Origin: an uncultured Actinomycetota bacterium
GTDB taxonomy: Bacteria > Actinomycetota > Actinomycetes > CAVWCF01
Length of the DNA: 64,000 bases
Reading direction: 5' to 3'
Assembly: GCA_963753435.1 (NCBI GenBank)
Contig: CAVWCF010000001.1
Coordinates: forward strand, 352,001-416,000
Each line of letters starts with the position of its first letter. Positions within the stretch are counted from its first letter, which is position 1. The translations under genes and the position numbers were made by a program. Shown piece by piece: positions 31,332 to 39,336 of this stretch. The notes beneath the pieces are model-generated. The model was not told where the DNA came from, made no database searches, and saw nothing but the letters and a program-made list of their open reading frames with translations.

Positions 31332-31736
31332 TCACGGGCAAGCGCCGTCCTGCGGCGTACCCACGTTGCTCTGGTAGTTCCAGTTCTCGCCAGTCAACTG
31401 GGCGTGCGTGCCGCCGAGGCAGTACGAGTTGCCGTCAGCAGCCACCGTCACCGCGACGGTCACGTCAGCGGACTGGTTGAAGCCCTCGGCGGTCAGGTCG
31501 GCCGCCACCATGCCGGTGTAGGAACCGTCGTTCTGGGTCGCGAAGGACTCCGCGGCGACCGCGGCGTTCTTCAGGTCGGACTCGACCGTCGCACGCCAGC
31601 CGTTCTCCCGCTGACGCAGGAAGGTCGGGATGGCGATGGCGGCCAGAATGCCGATGATGATCATGACAACGAGCAGCTCGATCAGCGTGAAACCGCCGTC
31701 GCGCTCCTCCATGGACTTGCGAATCCGAGCGAGCAT
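31332..31736 (-). CDS. pilA: Major type IVa pilin
   Basis: Class III signal MLARIRKSMEERDGG|FTLIELLVVMIIIGILAAIAIP; C-terminal Cys pair; strong RBS GGGAGGGG; own promoter and terminator. Confidence 0.93.
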   Translation of the reverse strand: MLARIRKSMEERDGGFTLIELLVVMIIIGILAAIAIPTFLRQRENGWRATVESDLKNAAVAAESFATQNDGSYTGMVAADLTAEGFNQSADVTVAVTVAADGNSYCLGGTHAQLTGENWNYQSNVGTPQDGACP

Positions 31737-31797
31737 TGAAGCCCCTCCCTAGGGATGTGGTCTGAGCTCGCGGCAGGTCGGTCGGTGGCCTTGCGGC

Positions 31798-31877
31798 CGG
31801 CCGAGGTAGCTGGGCTGGCTCGGGGAGCCCCCTGGCTTTGCGCCCCCGCCTCGCGACGGGTTCGCCCGTTCTGGCCG
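31798..31877 (-). ncRNA. c-di-GMP-I (GEMM-I) riboswitch aptamer
   Basis: Minus strand CGGCCAGAACGGGCGAACCCGTC-GCGA-GGCGGGGGCGCAAAGCCAGGGGGCTCCCCGAGCCAGCCCAGCTACCTCGGCCG: P2 with GNRA loop, GCAAAGCC junction, 3' CTACC, P1 CGGCC/GGCCG. Confidence 0.85.
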
Positions 31878-31897
31878 TTCACTCACTGTCGGGATCA

Positions 31898-31926
31898 ACA
31901 TCGGGCCGGATACGGCCCGCCTTAAG
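31898..31926 (-). promoter_or_regulatory. Variant sigma-28-type promoter for the riboswitch-pilA transcript
   Basis: CTTAAG-N15-CCCGATGT, ending ~20 nt before the aptamer. Confidence 0.6.
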
Positions 31927-31972
31927 GGATCTTGATCACACTTAGATAACGAATGATTGGTTGCCGGAACAG

Positions 31973-32005
31973 CAGACGGGGCCGCCCCTGGGGCGGCCCC
32001 GTCTG
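31973..32005. terminator. Hairpin terminator after pilC
   Basis: CAGACGGGGCCGCCCC-T-GGGGCGGCCCCGTCTG. Confidence 0.82.
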
Positions 32006-32017
32006 TGTGAAGCAGGT

Positions 32018-33241
32018 CTACTTGATCAGGTCGAAGATCTTGAAGATGGGCATGTACAGGGCGATGATCATTGCGCCGACGATGCCGCCCAGGACGGCGA
32101 TCATCAATGGCTCAATCAATGCCGTGAGCGATTCGGTGGTGGATTCGACCTCGTTGTCGTAGAAGACCGCGATCTTGTGGAGCATGTCATCGAGGGCGCC
32201 CGTGTCCTCTCCGACAGCCATCATCTGCACCACCATGGCGGGGAACACCGAGTGGTGAGCCAGCGGGCCGGCCAGTGATTCCCCGCGGCGGACCGAGTCC
32301 TGAACGTCGCGCACAGCGCGGCCGATCACGACGTTTCCGGTGGTGTCCGCCACGATCTCCAGGCTCTGCAGGATCGGGACGCCGGAGTGGATCATCGTGC
32401 CCAGGTTGCGGGCGAACCGGGCCAGCGCGATCTTCTGGAACAGGCCGCCGAACACCGGCAACTTCAGCTTCAGGGGGTCCACGACGTTGCGGACCTCGTC
32501 CCGGCGCTTGACCTTGCTCCAAACGACCAGACCCACGATCCCCAGCACGATCAGGATCGGGAAGGTGGTCTTGAGGACTCCGGAAAGGAAGACCAGAACC
32601 TTCGTGGGGGCCGGCAACTCCCCGCCGAGACTCTCAAAGAGGCCGGCGAAAGTGGGGACGATGAAGAGCAGCATGCCGATGACAGCCAGAATCGCCACCA
32701 CGAAGACGACAACCGGGTAGGTCATCGCCGCCTTGACCTTGCCACGCAGCCGGACCTCGGCCTCGAAGTTGTCTGCGATCTGCATCAGGACGCTGTCGAG
32801 GAAGCCCCCGACCTCCCCGGCCTTGGTCATGTTGACCATCAGCGGTGGGAAGACAGTGGGGTGCTTGGCCATGGAGGCCGATAGCGACTGCCCTGTCTCG
32901 ACATCGGCCCGGACCTCGCTGACGACCTCGGCCAGCTTCTTGTTCTCCGTCTGCTCCGACAGGATCGTCAGCGCCCGTAGCAGCGACAAGCCGGAGTTGA
33001 TCATCGTCGCGAACTGGCGACTGAAGACCGCGAGGTCCTTCAGCTTGACCCGGCCGCTGAAACCGGGAATCGACAGATCCCGGTTCATCCCGGCCTTTGC
33101 CTCGTTGATGGCAACCGGCGCATAGCCCATGCTGCGCAACTTCGAGGCGACCGCGGTCGGCGAGTCGGCTTCGATCTGACCGGTGACGATCTTGCCCGCC
33201 CGGTCACGAACGGAGTACGAATAGGTGGCGGTGGCTGCCAT
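32018..33241 (-). CDS. pilC: Type IV pilus platform protein PilC
   Basis: FSRQFATMINSGL, GE.GG.LD, AMTYP, GEDTGALD.ML, LIEP, ALYMPIF; start ATG 33241. Confidence 0.95.
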   Translation of the reverse strand: MAATATYSYSVRDRAGKIVTGQIEADSPTAVASKLRSMGYAPVAINEAKAGMNRDLSIPGFSGRVKLKDLAVFSRQFATMINSGLSLLRALTILSEQTENKKLAEVVSEVRADVETGQSLSASMAKHPTVFPPLMVNMTKAGEVGGFLDSVLMQIADNFEAEVRLRGKVKAAMTYPVVVFVVAILAVIGMLLFIVPTFAGLFESLGGELPAPTKVLVFLSGVLKTTFPILIVLGIVGLVVWSKVKRRDEVRNVVDPLKLKLPVFGGLFQKIALARFARNLGTMIHSGVPILQSLEIVADTTGNVVIGRAVRDVQDSVRRGESLAGPLAHHSVFPAMVVQMMAVGEDTGALDDMLHKIAVFYDNEVESTTESLTALIEPLMIAVLGGIVGAMIIALYMPIFKIFDLIK

Positions 33242-33252
33242 GACAGTTCCCC

Positions 33253-34887
33253 TCAGCCTCGACCGGCAAGCCGGTTGAAGTCCTCGATGTGGTGGCACTT
33301 CTCCACACCGTGCTCGTAGGTGATGCGACCCTGCTTGACCAGATCCGCTAGGTGCTGGTCCATGGTCTGCATTCCGTGCTGACCACCGGCCTGCATTGCC
33401 GAGTAGATCTGGTGCGTCTTGCCTTCACGGATCAGGTTGCGGATCGCCGGCGTGATGGTGAGTACCTCTGCGGCCACGACGCGTCCCAGTCCATCGGTGG
33501 TCTTGCACAGCGTCTGGCAGACGATTCCTTGCAGCGCGCTGGCCAATTGGACTCGGATCTGCTGCTGCTGGTGCGCCGGGAAGACGTCGATCACACGGTC
33601 GATCGTCTGCGCAGCGTCCTGGGTGTGCAGCGTCGCGAAGACCAGGTGGCCGGTTTCGGCGGCGGTCAATGCGACGCTGATGGTCTCCAGGTCGCGCATC
33701 TCGCCGACCAGGATGATGTCCGGGTCCTGCCGCAGGACATGCTTGAGGGCCTGGGTGAACGACCTCGTGTCCTCGCCGACCTCGCGCTGGTTCACCAGGC
33801 AGGAACGGTGCCGGTGCAGGAACTCGATCGGGTCCTCGACGGTCATGATGTGGTCTTTGCGCGTGCGGTTGGCCAGGTCGACCAAGGACGCCAGCGTCGT
33901 CGACTTGCCGGATCCGGTGGGTCCGGTCACTAGGACGAATCCTCGCGGCATACCCGCGAAGTTCGAGACCGTCGTCGGGACGCCTAGGTCCTCAAGCTTC
34001 TTGATCTCATACGGGATCAGCCGGAAGGCGGCCCCGATGGCGTCGCGCTGGCGGTACATGTTCACGCGGAAGCGCGCCTTGCCGGGCACCGAGTAGGCGA
34101 AGTCGAGTTCGAGTTCCTCTTCGAAACGCTCGCGCTGCTTCTGGGTGATAGCCGCGTACATGATCCGTTGGATCATGGGCGGCGCCAGGTCGGGGTACTC
34201 GGACAGCGGACGCAGTTCGCCGTGCTGGCGAATTGTGGGGCGGGCCCCCGTCGTCAGGTGCAGGTCGGAAGCGCCCGTCTCCAAGACCCGAGCGAGCAAG
34301 GCGTCCAACACGATGTCGTCGGGGTTGATGGTCTGCTCGGTCGAGCCCCGGGTGTATGCGGCCTCGTCGGCAGTGCTGTCCGCGACGACCGGAACCGAAT
34401 CACGAGACTCATCCGACTGGTTGCTGGAACTGGAAGTCCGGGAAGGCCGGGGGTACTTCATCCGACCTCGCCGAGCCGCCGAGACGCTCTGCCAGCGGCA
34501 CCAATTCCGGGTCGGCGGCAAACACCGACTCAGTGGGCGGGTCGAACCGCGTCAAGAGGTCTTCATCGGCATCCGGGGTCTCCGGCGGAGCCAGTGGTAC
34601 GGAGGCAACCGGACGTTGTCTCGGCCAGCGGCGACGTCTCGACGCAAAGGCGTCTGCGCCGTGAAGGCCGCGGTCTGCTGCTCAGCTTGCCGCAGCTCGT
34701 CTTGCTGCGGCTCGGAACCGGGCAACGGCGCTGCCACGGGAACGGCGCTGGGCGAACTGGCGAAGAAGTCGAAGACCGGTGGCCCCGAAGACTCCGGCGC
34801 CGGCGGTTCCGGCTGGAACTCGTCGGGCTGCAGTTCCTCCGGCCGCGGCGCTGGCTGGAACCCGCCAGTGAACGGTGTGCTCTCCAC
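33253..34887 (-). CDS. pilT: Retraction ATPase PilT with a long acidic/Pro-rich N-terminal extension (frameshifted around 34420-34650)
   Basis: GASDLHL, RFRVN, GPTGSGKSTTLA, TVEDPIE, LRQDPD.ILVGEMRD, TGHLVFATLHT, AIRNLIREGK; RBS GAGGGG before GTG 34887. Confidence 0.9.
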
Positions 34888-34935
34888 GGATGTTCCCCTC
34901 GTCGTGGCTTCAGCCGCTTGTGCAGCCTGTGCGGG

Positions 34936-34964
34936 TCATCGGCGTGGATATGGTCGGGCTTGAG
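34936..34964 (-). promoter_or_regulatory. Sigma-28-type promoter for pilT-pilC
   Basis: CTCAAG-N15-GCCGATGA, starting just after the pilB stop. Confidence 0.8.
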
Positions 34965-34966
34965 TC

Positions 34967-36631
34967 TCAGGCCACTACGCGGAAGATCTCGGCCAAGCTG
35001 GTGGTCCCGTCGAGCACCTTGGCCAACCCGTCGGATCGCAGCGATTCCATGCCTTCGCCCGCGGCCAGCTCCGCGATCGCAGTTGAGGACGCCCGTTCCA
35101 CCGCGAGGCGTTCCACACCCTCGCTAACGGTCATCACCTCGTGCAGGGCCAGTCGCCCTCGGTAGCCGGTCTGGCTGCATTGGGAGCAGCCCGCGGCTTG
35201 GTACAACGTCGGCAGCGGGTCGCCCTCCGACCACGGGAACCGGGCCTCGCGTAGAGCGTCAGGCGTGGGCGTGTACTGCTCTTTGCACTTGCTACAGAGT
35301 CGGCGCGCCAGGCGCTGTGCCAGTACGCATTCCATCGCCGACCCGACCAGGAAGGGCTCGATGCCCATTTCGGTCAATCGGGTGACAGCACTTGGGGCGT
35401 CATTGGTGTGCAAGGTCGCCAGCACCAGGTGACCGGTGAGCGCGGCCTCGATAGCGATCTGGGCCGTCTCGTGGTCCCGGATCTCACCGATCAGGACGAT
35501 GTCCGGGTCCGAACGCAGGATCGACCGCAGCGCCGACGCGAAAGTAAGGCCGGCCTTGTTGTTGACCTGAACCTGGTTCACGCCCGCGAGTCGGTATTCG
35601 ACCGGATCCTCAACGGTGATGACGTTCACATCGGGACGGTTGAGGATGTTCAGCGTGCTGTAGAGGGTGGTGGACTTACCTGAGCCGGTGGGGCCGGTAA
35701 CCAACAACATCCCGTAGGGCTTCGTGAACGACTGGCTCCAGCGGTCGTAGTTGCCCTGCCGGAAACCCAGATCGGCCAGGTCCAGACTTGCCGTGGAGTT
35801 GTCCAGGACACGCATGACCACCTTTTCGCCCCACACGGTCGGCAGCGTGGCCACGCGCAGGTCGATCTTCTTGCCATGCACCTGGACGGACAACCGCCCG
35901 TCCTGTGGGATGCGGCGCTCTGCGATGTCCATGTCGGCCATGATCTTCAAGCGGCTGATCACCGCCGATTGAATGGACTTGGGGCTCTTCATCACCTCGT
36001 GCAGCACCCCGTCGATGCGGTACCGGACCTTGAGTTCACGCTCGGCCGGCTCCAAGTGGATGTCCGACGCCCGGTCCTGGATCCCCTGCATGATGAGGAC
36101 GTTCACGTACTTGACGATCGGTGCGTCGTCGACGGCCTGGGTCAGACCCGAAAGTTCGTCGTCTTCGTCCTCCGCCTCCATCGCGGCGGCGAGGTTGTCG
36201 AGGTCCCCGTCGGCACGGTGGTAGCGGTCAATCGCGGCCAGCGTGTCCGCCAGAGTGGCGACCACCGGCCGTACATCCCGTCCCGACATTGACCGAACGT
36301 CATCGATCGCGACGACATTTGCCGGGTCCGCCATCGCCAGCAGCAACCGGCCGTCCTCGAAACCGATCGGCAGCACGGTGTGGCGGCGACAGACCGCCGC
36401 CGGAACCATTCCCACAGCTGCCCCGTCGACTGCATGTTCGCTTAGGTCGACGAAGGGAAGTCCGATCTGGGCGGCAAGAGCCTGAACCAACTGGGTCTCG
36501 TTGACGAAACCCTTGTCCACGAGGACGCGACCAAGGCTGCGGCCCAGACGCCGCTGGTCGTCCAACGCCGCGGTCAACTGCTCTTGCGTGACCAGACCGT
36601 TGGCGAGCAGAACGTCACCAAGTTGCCGCAC
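34967..36631 (-). CDS. pilB: Extension ATPase PilB with an N-terminal MshEN-like domain
   Basis: ASDIHLEP, PQDGR, GPTGSGKSTTLY, TVEDPVEY, LR.DPD, CxxC...CxxC zinc motif, GYRGR. Confidence 0.95.
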   Translation of the reverse strand: MRQLGDVLLANGLVTQEQLTAALDDQRRLGRSLGRVLVDKGFVNETQLVQALAAQIGLPFVDLSEHAVDGAAVGMVPAAVCRRHTVLPIGFEDGRLLLAMADPANVVAIDDVRSMSGRDVRPVVATLADTLAAIDRYHRADGDLDNLAAAMEAEDEDDELSGLTQAVDDAPIVKYVNVLIMQGIQDRASDIHLEPAERELKVRYRIDGVLHEVMKSPKSIQSAVISRLKIMADMDIAERRIPQDGRLSVQVHGKKIDLRVATLPTVWGEKVVMRVLDNSTASLDLADLGFRQGNYDRWSQSFTKPYGMLLVTGPTGSGKSTTLYSTLNILNRPDVNVITVEDPVEYRLAGVNQVQVNNKAGLTFASALRSILRSDPDIVLIGEIRDHETAQIAIEAALTGHLVLATLHTNDAPSAVTRLTEMGIEPFLVGSAMECVLAQRLARRLCSKCKEQYTPTPDALREARFPWSEGDPLPTLYQAAGCSQCSQTGYRGRLALHEVMTVSEGVERLAVERASSTAIAELAAGEGMESLRSDGLAKVLDGTTSLAEIFRVVA

Positions 36632-36652
36632 AGTACGCCTCCCCTGGACCGA

Positions 36653-36841
36653 TCAGAGCCGGTCTTGGGGAGCATCGGCAGTATCCGCCGACGCTTGAGA
36701 CACATCGATGCGAGCGCACAACAGGTTGGCCGCAGCCAGCATCGCGCGTCCGCGGGGGTCACTGCCGGGCACGCCGACAACGTCGCCGCTGCGCAGGATC
36801 ACGCCTGCGGCGCAGGGGCGCTCGTTCTCGTCCTCCTCCAC
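36653..36841 (-). CDS. Possible small hypothetical protein (62 aa)
   Basis: GTG 1 nt after the GTPase stop; first ~40 codons mostly end in G/C; 3' end overlaps the pilB promoter. Confidence 0.35.
   Translation of the reverse strand: MEEDENERPCAAGVILRSGDVVGVPGSDPRGRAMLAAANLLCARIDVSQASADTADAPQDRL
36672..36699 (-). promoter_or_regulatory. Sigma-28-type promoter for pilB
   Basis: CTCAAG-N14-GCCGATGC. Confidence 0.8.
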
Positions 36842-36842
36842 C

Positions 36843-37412
36843 TCAACTCACCGCCTGGAAGTCGAGGCGGTCCAGCACCGTGTACAGGAGTTCGAGAAGT
36901 ACGCCCTTGACCGATTCCCGGTCCGTGGCCACACAACCGATCACCGGTGCCCAGTCATCGGAGCCGACCTGCTCTCGCACCCAAGCGACCTGCTCGTCGC
37001 TGAGTTCGGCGTGACGATTCACGGCAACGACATACGGAGCCGAAGTAAGTCCCCGGAACGCCTGCAGGATGCCGGCTGCTTCAGCCATCGAATCCGGTCG
37101 GTTCGGGTCGACGAGCAGCACGTAGCCAACCGTGCCCGTGCTCACGACATCCCACATGAAGTCGAAACGCTCCTGACCCGGCGTCCCGAACAAGTAGAGG
37201 ACCAGGTCTCGGTCGATGCTGATCCGCCCGAAATCCATGGCGACCGTGGTCTCGCGCTTGGTGGACCGCGTCTCGTCGGTAACCTCCCGCTCCGTCGACA
37301 GGACGGTGATCTCGCTGATCGTCCGGATCAGCGTCGTCTTGCCAGCCGCAAACGGGCCCGTGATCACGATCTTGACCGCCTGACCGGCGTTACCCCGACC
37401 CCGGCCGGCCAT
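36843..37412 (-). CDS. Small Ras-like GTPase (MglA/CvnD family)
   Basis: KIVITGPFAAGKTT, TTVAMDFG, LYLFGTPGQERFDFMWD, VVAVNR. Confidence 0.92.
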   Translation of the reverse strand: MAGRGRGNAGQAVKIVITGPFAAGKTTLIRTISEITVLSTEREVTDETRSTKRETTVAMDFGRISIDRDLVLYLFGTPGQERFDFMWDVVSTGTVGYVLLVDPNRPDSMAEAAGILQAFRGLTSAPYVVAVNRHAELSDEQVAWVREQVGSDDWAPVIGCVATDRESVKGVLLELLYTVLDRLDFQAVS

Positions 37413-38509
37413 CAGATGTCCTTCACGCCGGCGATCAGGCGCAGCATCAGGCTGCGATTCAGCCCCGGTTCACCGCCGTCGGTTCCAGTCGCCGCTAGCA
37501 ACTCGGCTTCAGCTGGGGGGGCGTCGACGTCTTGCTCCGGGCCCACCGGGTCCGACCCGGGTTCGACTTCCGGCGGTGTGACCGGGTCGAAGTTGACTGG
37601 TTCTCCGGACGCCGTGGCCGGATGTAGCGGCAACTCCACCTCGATCAGGGAATCGTCGGCCGACGGCGCCTGCTCGACGAGGTCCGACGGCTGCGCCGGC
37701 TCGGTTGGCGGCGTCACCACCACGGGGGCATTCCCCGCTGTCGCCGAATCGCCCTCGACCGGCCCGAGGAGCGCATGCCGACGACGCACCGAGGTCACGT
37801 GGTCGCCGCGGCGGTCGCGAACCATAAGCAGGCCACGGTCGAAGAGATTCGCCAGGGTGGTGACGACGGCGAAACGGCCACAACCGGTTAGATCCACCAA
37901 GTCGGCCAGCGTCCGCTCACCGTCAATGAGAGCCAGCAGTGCCCACTCGTCCCGAGTCGCCGTCGGGTCCTGAGGCAGCACCACGGGCATGGTCAGGACG
38001 ACGTCGGCGTCGAGCAGGTCCGCCGGCACCGACGACCAGGTCTCACCGCGGGCGCCCGCCTCAGTGATCAGCCGATCCGCGGCCAGCTCCACTCCGACGT
38101 CGTCGGGGTTGGTTGTGTCGACGTGGAACGAGAAGTCCCCGTCTGGCCACTGCATCAGTTCGAACACTGCGTCGACGGACTGCTCGGTAGCGGCGGCCAC
38201 AACCAGCTCACGATCGACCTGTCCGCTGAGGATGAGCAACGCACCCAGGCCGTCGGCAACACCCTCGGTCAGTTCCTTGACGGCAACCGTGATCGCGTCG
38301 TCGTCGACCGCGCCACTGCCGATCAATCGCCTAGCCAAGGACTGTCGGCCCAGATCGGCTGTCGCCCCGGTGATCTGTCCGTCGCGGAAGTAGACCGCAC
38401 CGGACCCGGCCGAACCACGCAACAGCAACGCGCCGGTCTTGCGCGTCGAACTGAGCAACCCGAACACGTCGGGGAGGCTGAAGGCGCCGAGTGAACCTTC
38501 CAATCGCAT
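37412..38509 (-). CDS. DUF4388 (PATAN-like) domain protein with winged-HTH
   Basis: LEGSL..FSLPDVF.LL....KTG.L...G.VYFRDG.I; F.LMQW.DG.F.F; EW.LLALIDGERTLADL...L.DRGLL. Confidence 0.85.
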   Translation of the reverse strand: MRLEGSLGAFSLPDVFGLLSSTRKTGALLLRGSAGSGAVYFRDGQITGATADLGRQSLARRLIGSGAVDDDAITVAVKELTEGVADGLGALLILSGQVDRELVVAAATEQSVDAVFELMQWPDGDFSFHVDTTNPDDVGVELAADRLITEAGARGETWSSVPADLLDADVVLTMPVVLPQDPTATRDEWALLALIDGERTLADLVDLTGCGRFAVVTTLANLFDRGLLMVRDRRGDHVTSVRRRHALLGPVEGDSATAGNAPVVVTPPTEPAQPSDLVEQAPSADDSLIEVELPLHPATASGEPVNFDPVTPPEVEPGSDPVGPEQDVDAPPAEAELLAATGTDGGEPGLNRSLMLRLIAGVKDI

Positions 38510-38529
38510 TCAGTTCACCCCCCGATCGA

Positions 38530-39285
38530 TCACTGCCAGCCGTTGCTGCTGCGTGCGGACGAAGGTGCCCAAACCACATTCGGTGTGGAGACGTCTTCGT
38601 CAGCAGCGGCCGCGAGCACGGTCGGCGGAGCAGCTGGAGGGACCAGGTCGGATGGGTTGCGCTGGGAAATCACCAACGGCGGTGCCGATGTGACCGGCTC
38701 CTCCTTGTCTTCCCCTGCGTCGCCGTCCCCCGCGCCTTCTTCGGCATTGGTTGCGGCCGGAGCCTCGGCAGCCGCCGTGGGCTCGATCTCCGTGCCTACG
38801 GCAGCTGCCGTCTCGGGCTCGGTAATCGACACATCCAGAGCCGGCTCCGGAGGCGCGACAGCCGACACCCGAGCGGGCGGCACCTCAGGCACCGCGGGGC
38901 CACCGAGAGCGGCGGCCACGTCCCTTGCGGCGCGTTTGACCTCGAAGAGCATCAACCCGGCCTTGGCCGCGCGATCGGCGACGGCGACCAGGACCGCTTC
39001 GTCATCCGCGGACACGAGGAAGACGGTTCCGTCGTCACCCTCCACGTACACCTGCTGCAGGCCGCCACGGCCGAGTCCGTCAGCGGCGCGCTCACCGAGC
39101 GAAAGCAAAGCGGCGCTCATTGCGGCCACGCGATCCTCATCCATCCCCTCGGGCAGCGCCGATGCCATGGGAAGCCCGTCGAAGGAAACGACGGCCGCCG
39201 CCTCCAGTTGCGGGGCCCGGCGAAGCAGGTCCGTGAGGACGCGGTCCAAGGCGGCCTCAACGCCGCGTGCCGGAAGATCGCTCAT
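38530..39285 (-). CDS. Roadblock/LC7 protein (MglB-like) with a long disordered C-terminal tail
   Basis: AAAVVSFDGLPMASALP...DRVAAMSAALLSLGERA...LGRGGLQQVYVEG..G; RBS GAGGAG before ATG 39285. Confidence 0.9.
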   Translation of the reverse strand: MSDLPARGVEAALDRVLTDLLRRAPQLEAAAVVSFDGLPMASALPEGMDEDRVAAMSAALLSLGERAADGLGRGGLQQVYVEGDDGTVFLVSADDEAVLVAVADRAAKAGLMLFEVKRAARDVAAALGGPAVPEVPPARVSAVAPPEPALDVSITEPETAAAVGTEIEPTAAAEAPAATNAEEGAGDGDAGEDKEEPVTSAPPLVISQRNPSDLVPPAAPPTVLAAAADEDVSTPNVVWAPSSARSSNGWQ

Positions 39286-39336
39286 CCAAGTTCTCCTCGC
39301 GCATGGCAGCGCCGACACCCGGCGCACTTGAGTTCT

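Noticed and set aside
31332-31736. Electrically conductive pilin
   Set aside because: By my count about 10 aromatic residues (including His) in 119 mature residues, and Gln at position 27; below the usual e-pilin criteria
31798-31877. 3',3'-cGAMP-specific riboswitch variant
   Set aside because: The position equivalent to Vc2 nt 20 is G, not A (manual alignment)
23207-36631. Type II secretion, Tad or Com system
   Set aside because: PilT with AIRNLIRE, PilM/N/O and type IVa prepilins indicate T4aP; no secretin, Flp or ComG-type genes
36843-39285. Classical Streptomyces conservon (cvnABCD)
   Set aside because: No CvnA sensor kinase, and the middle gene is DUF4388-type rather than a plain DUF742
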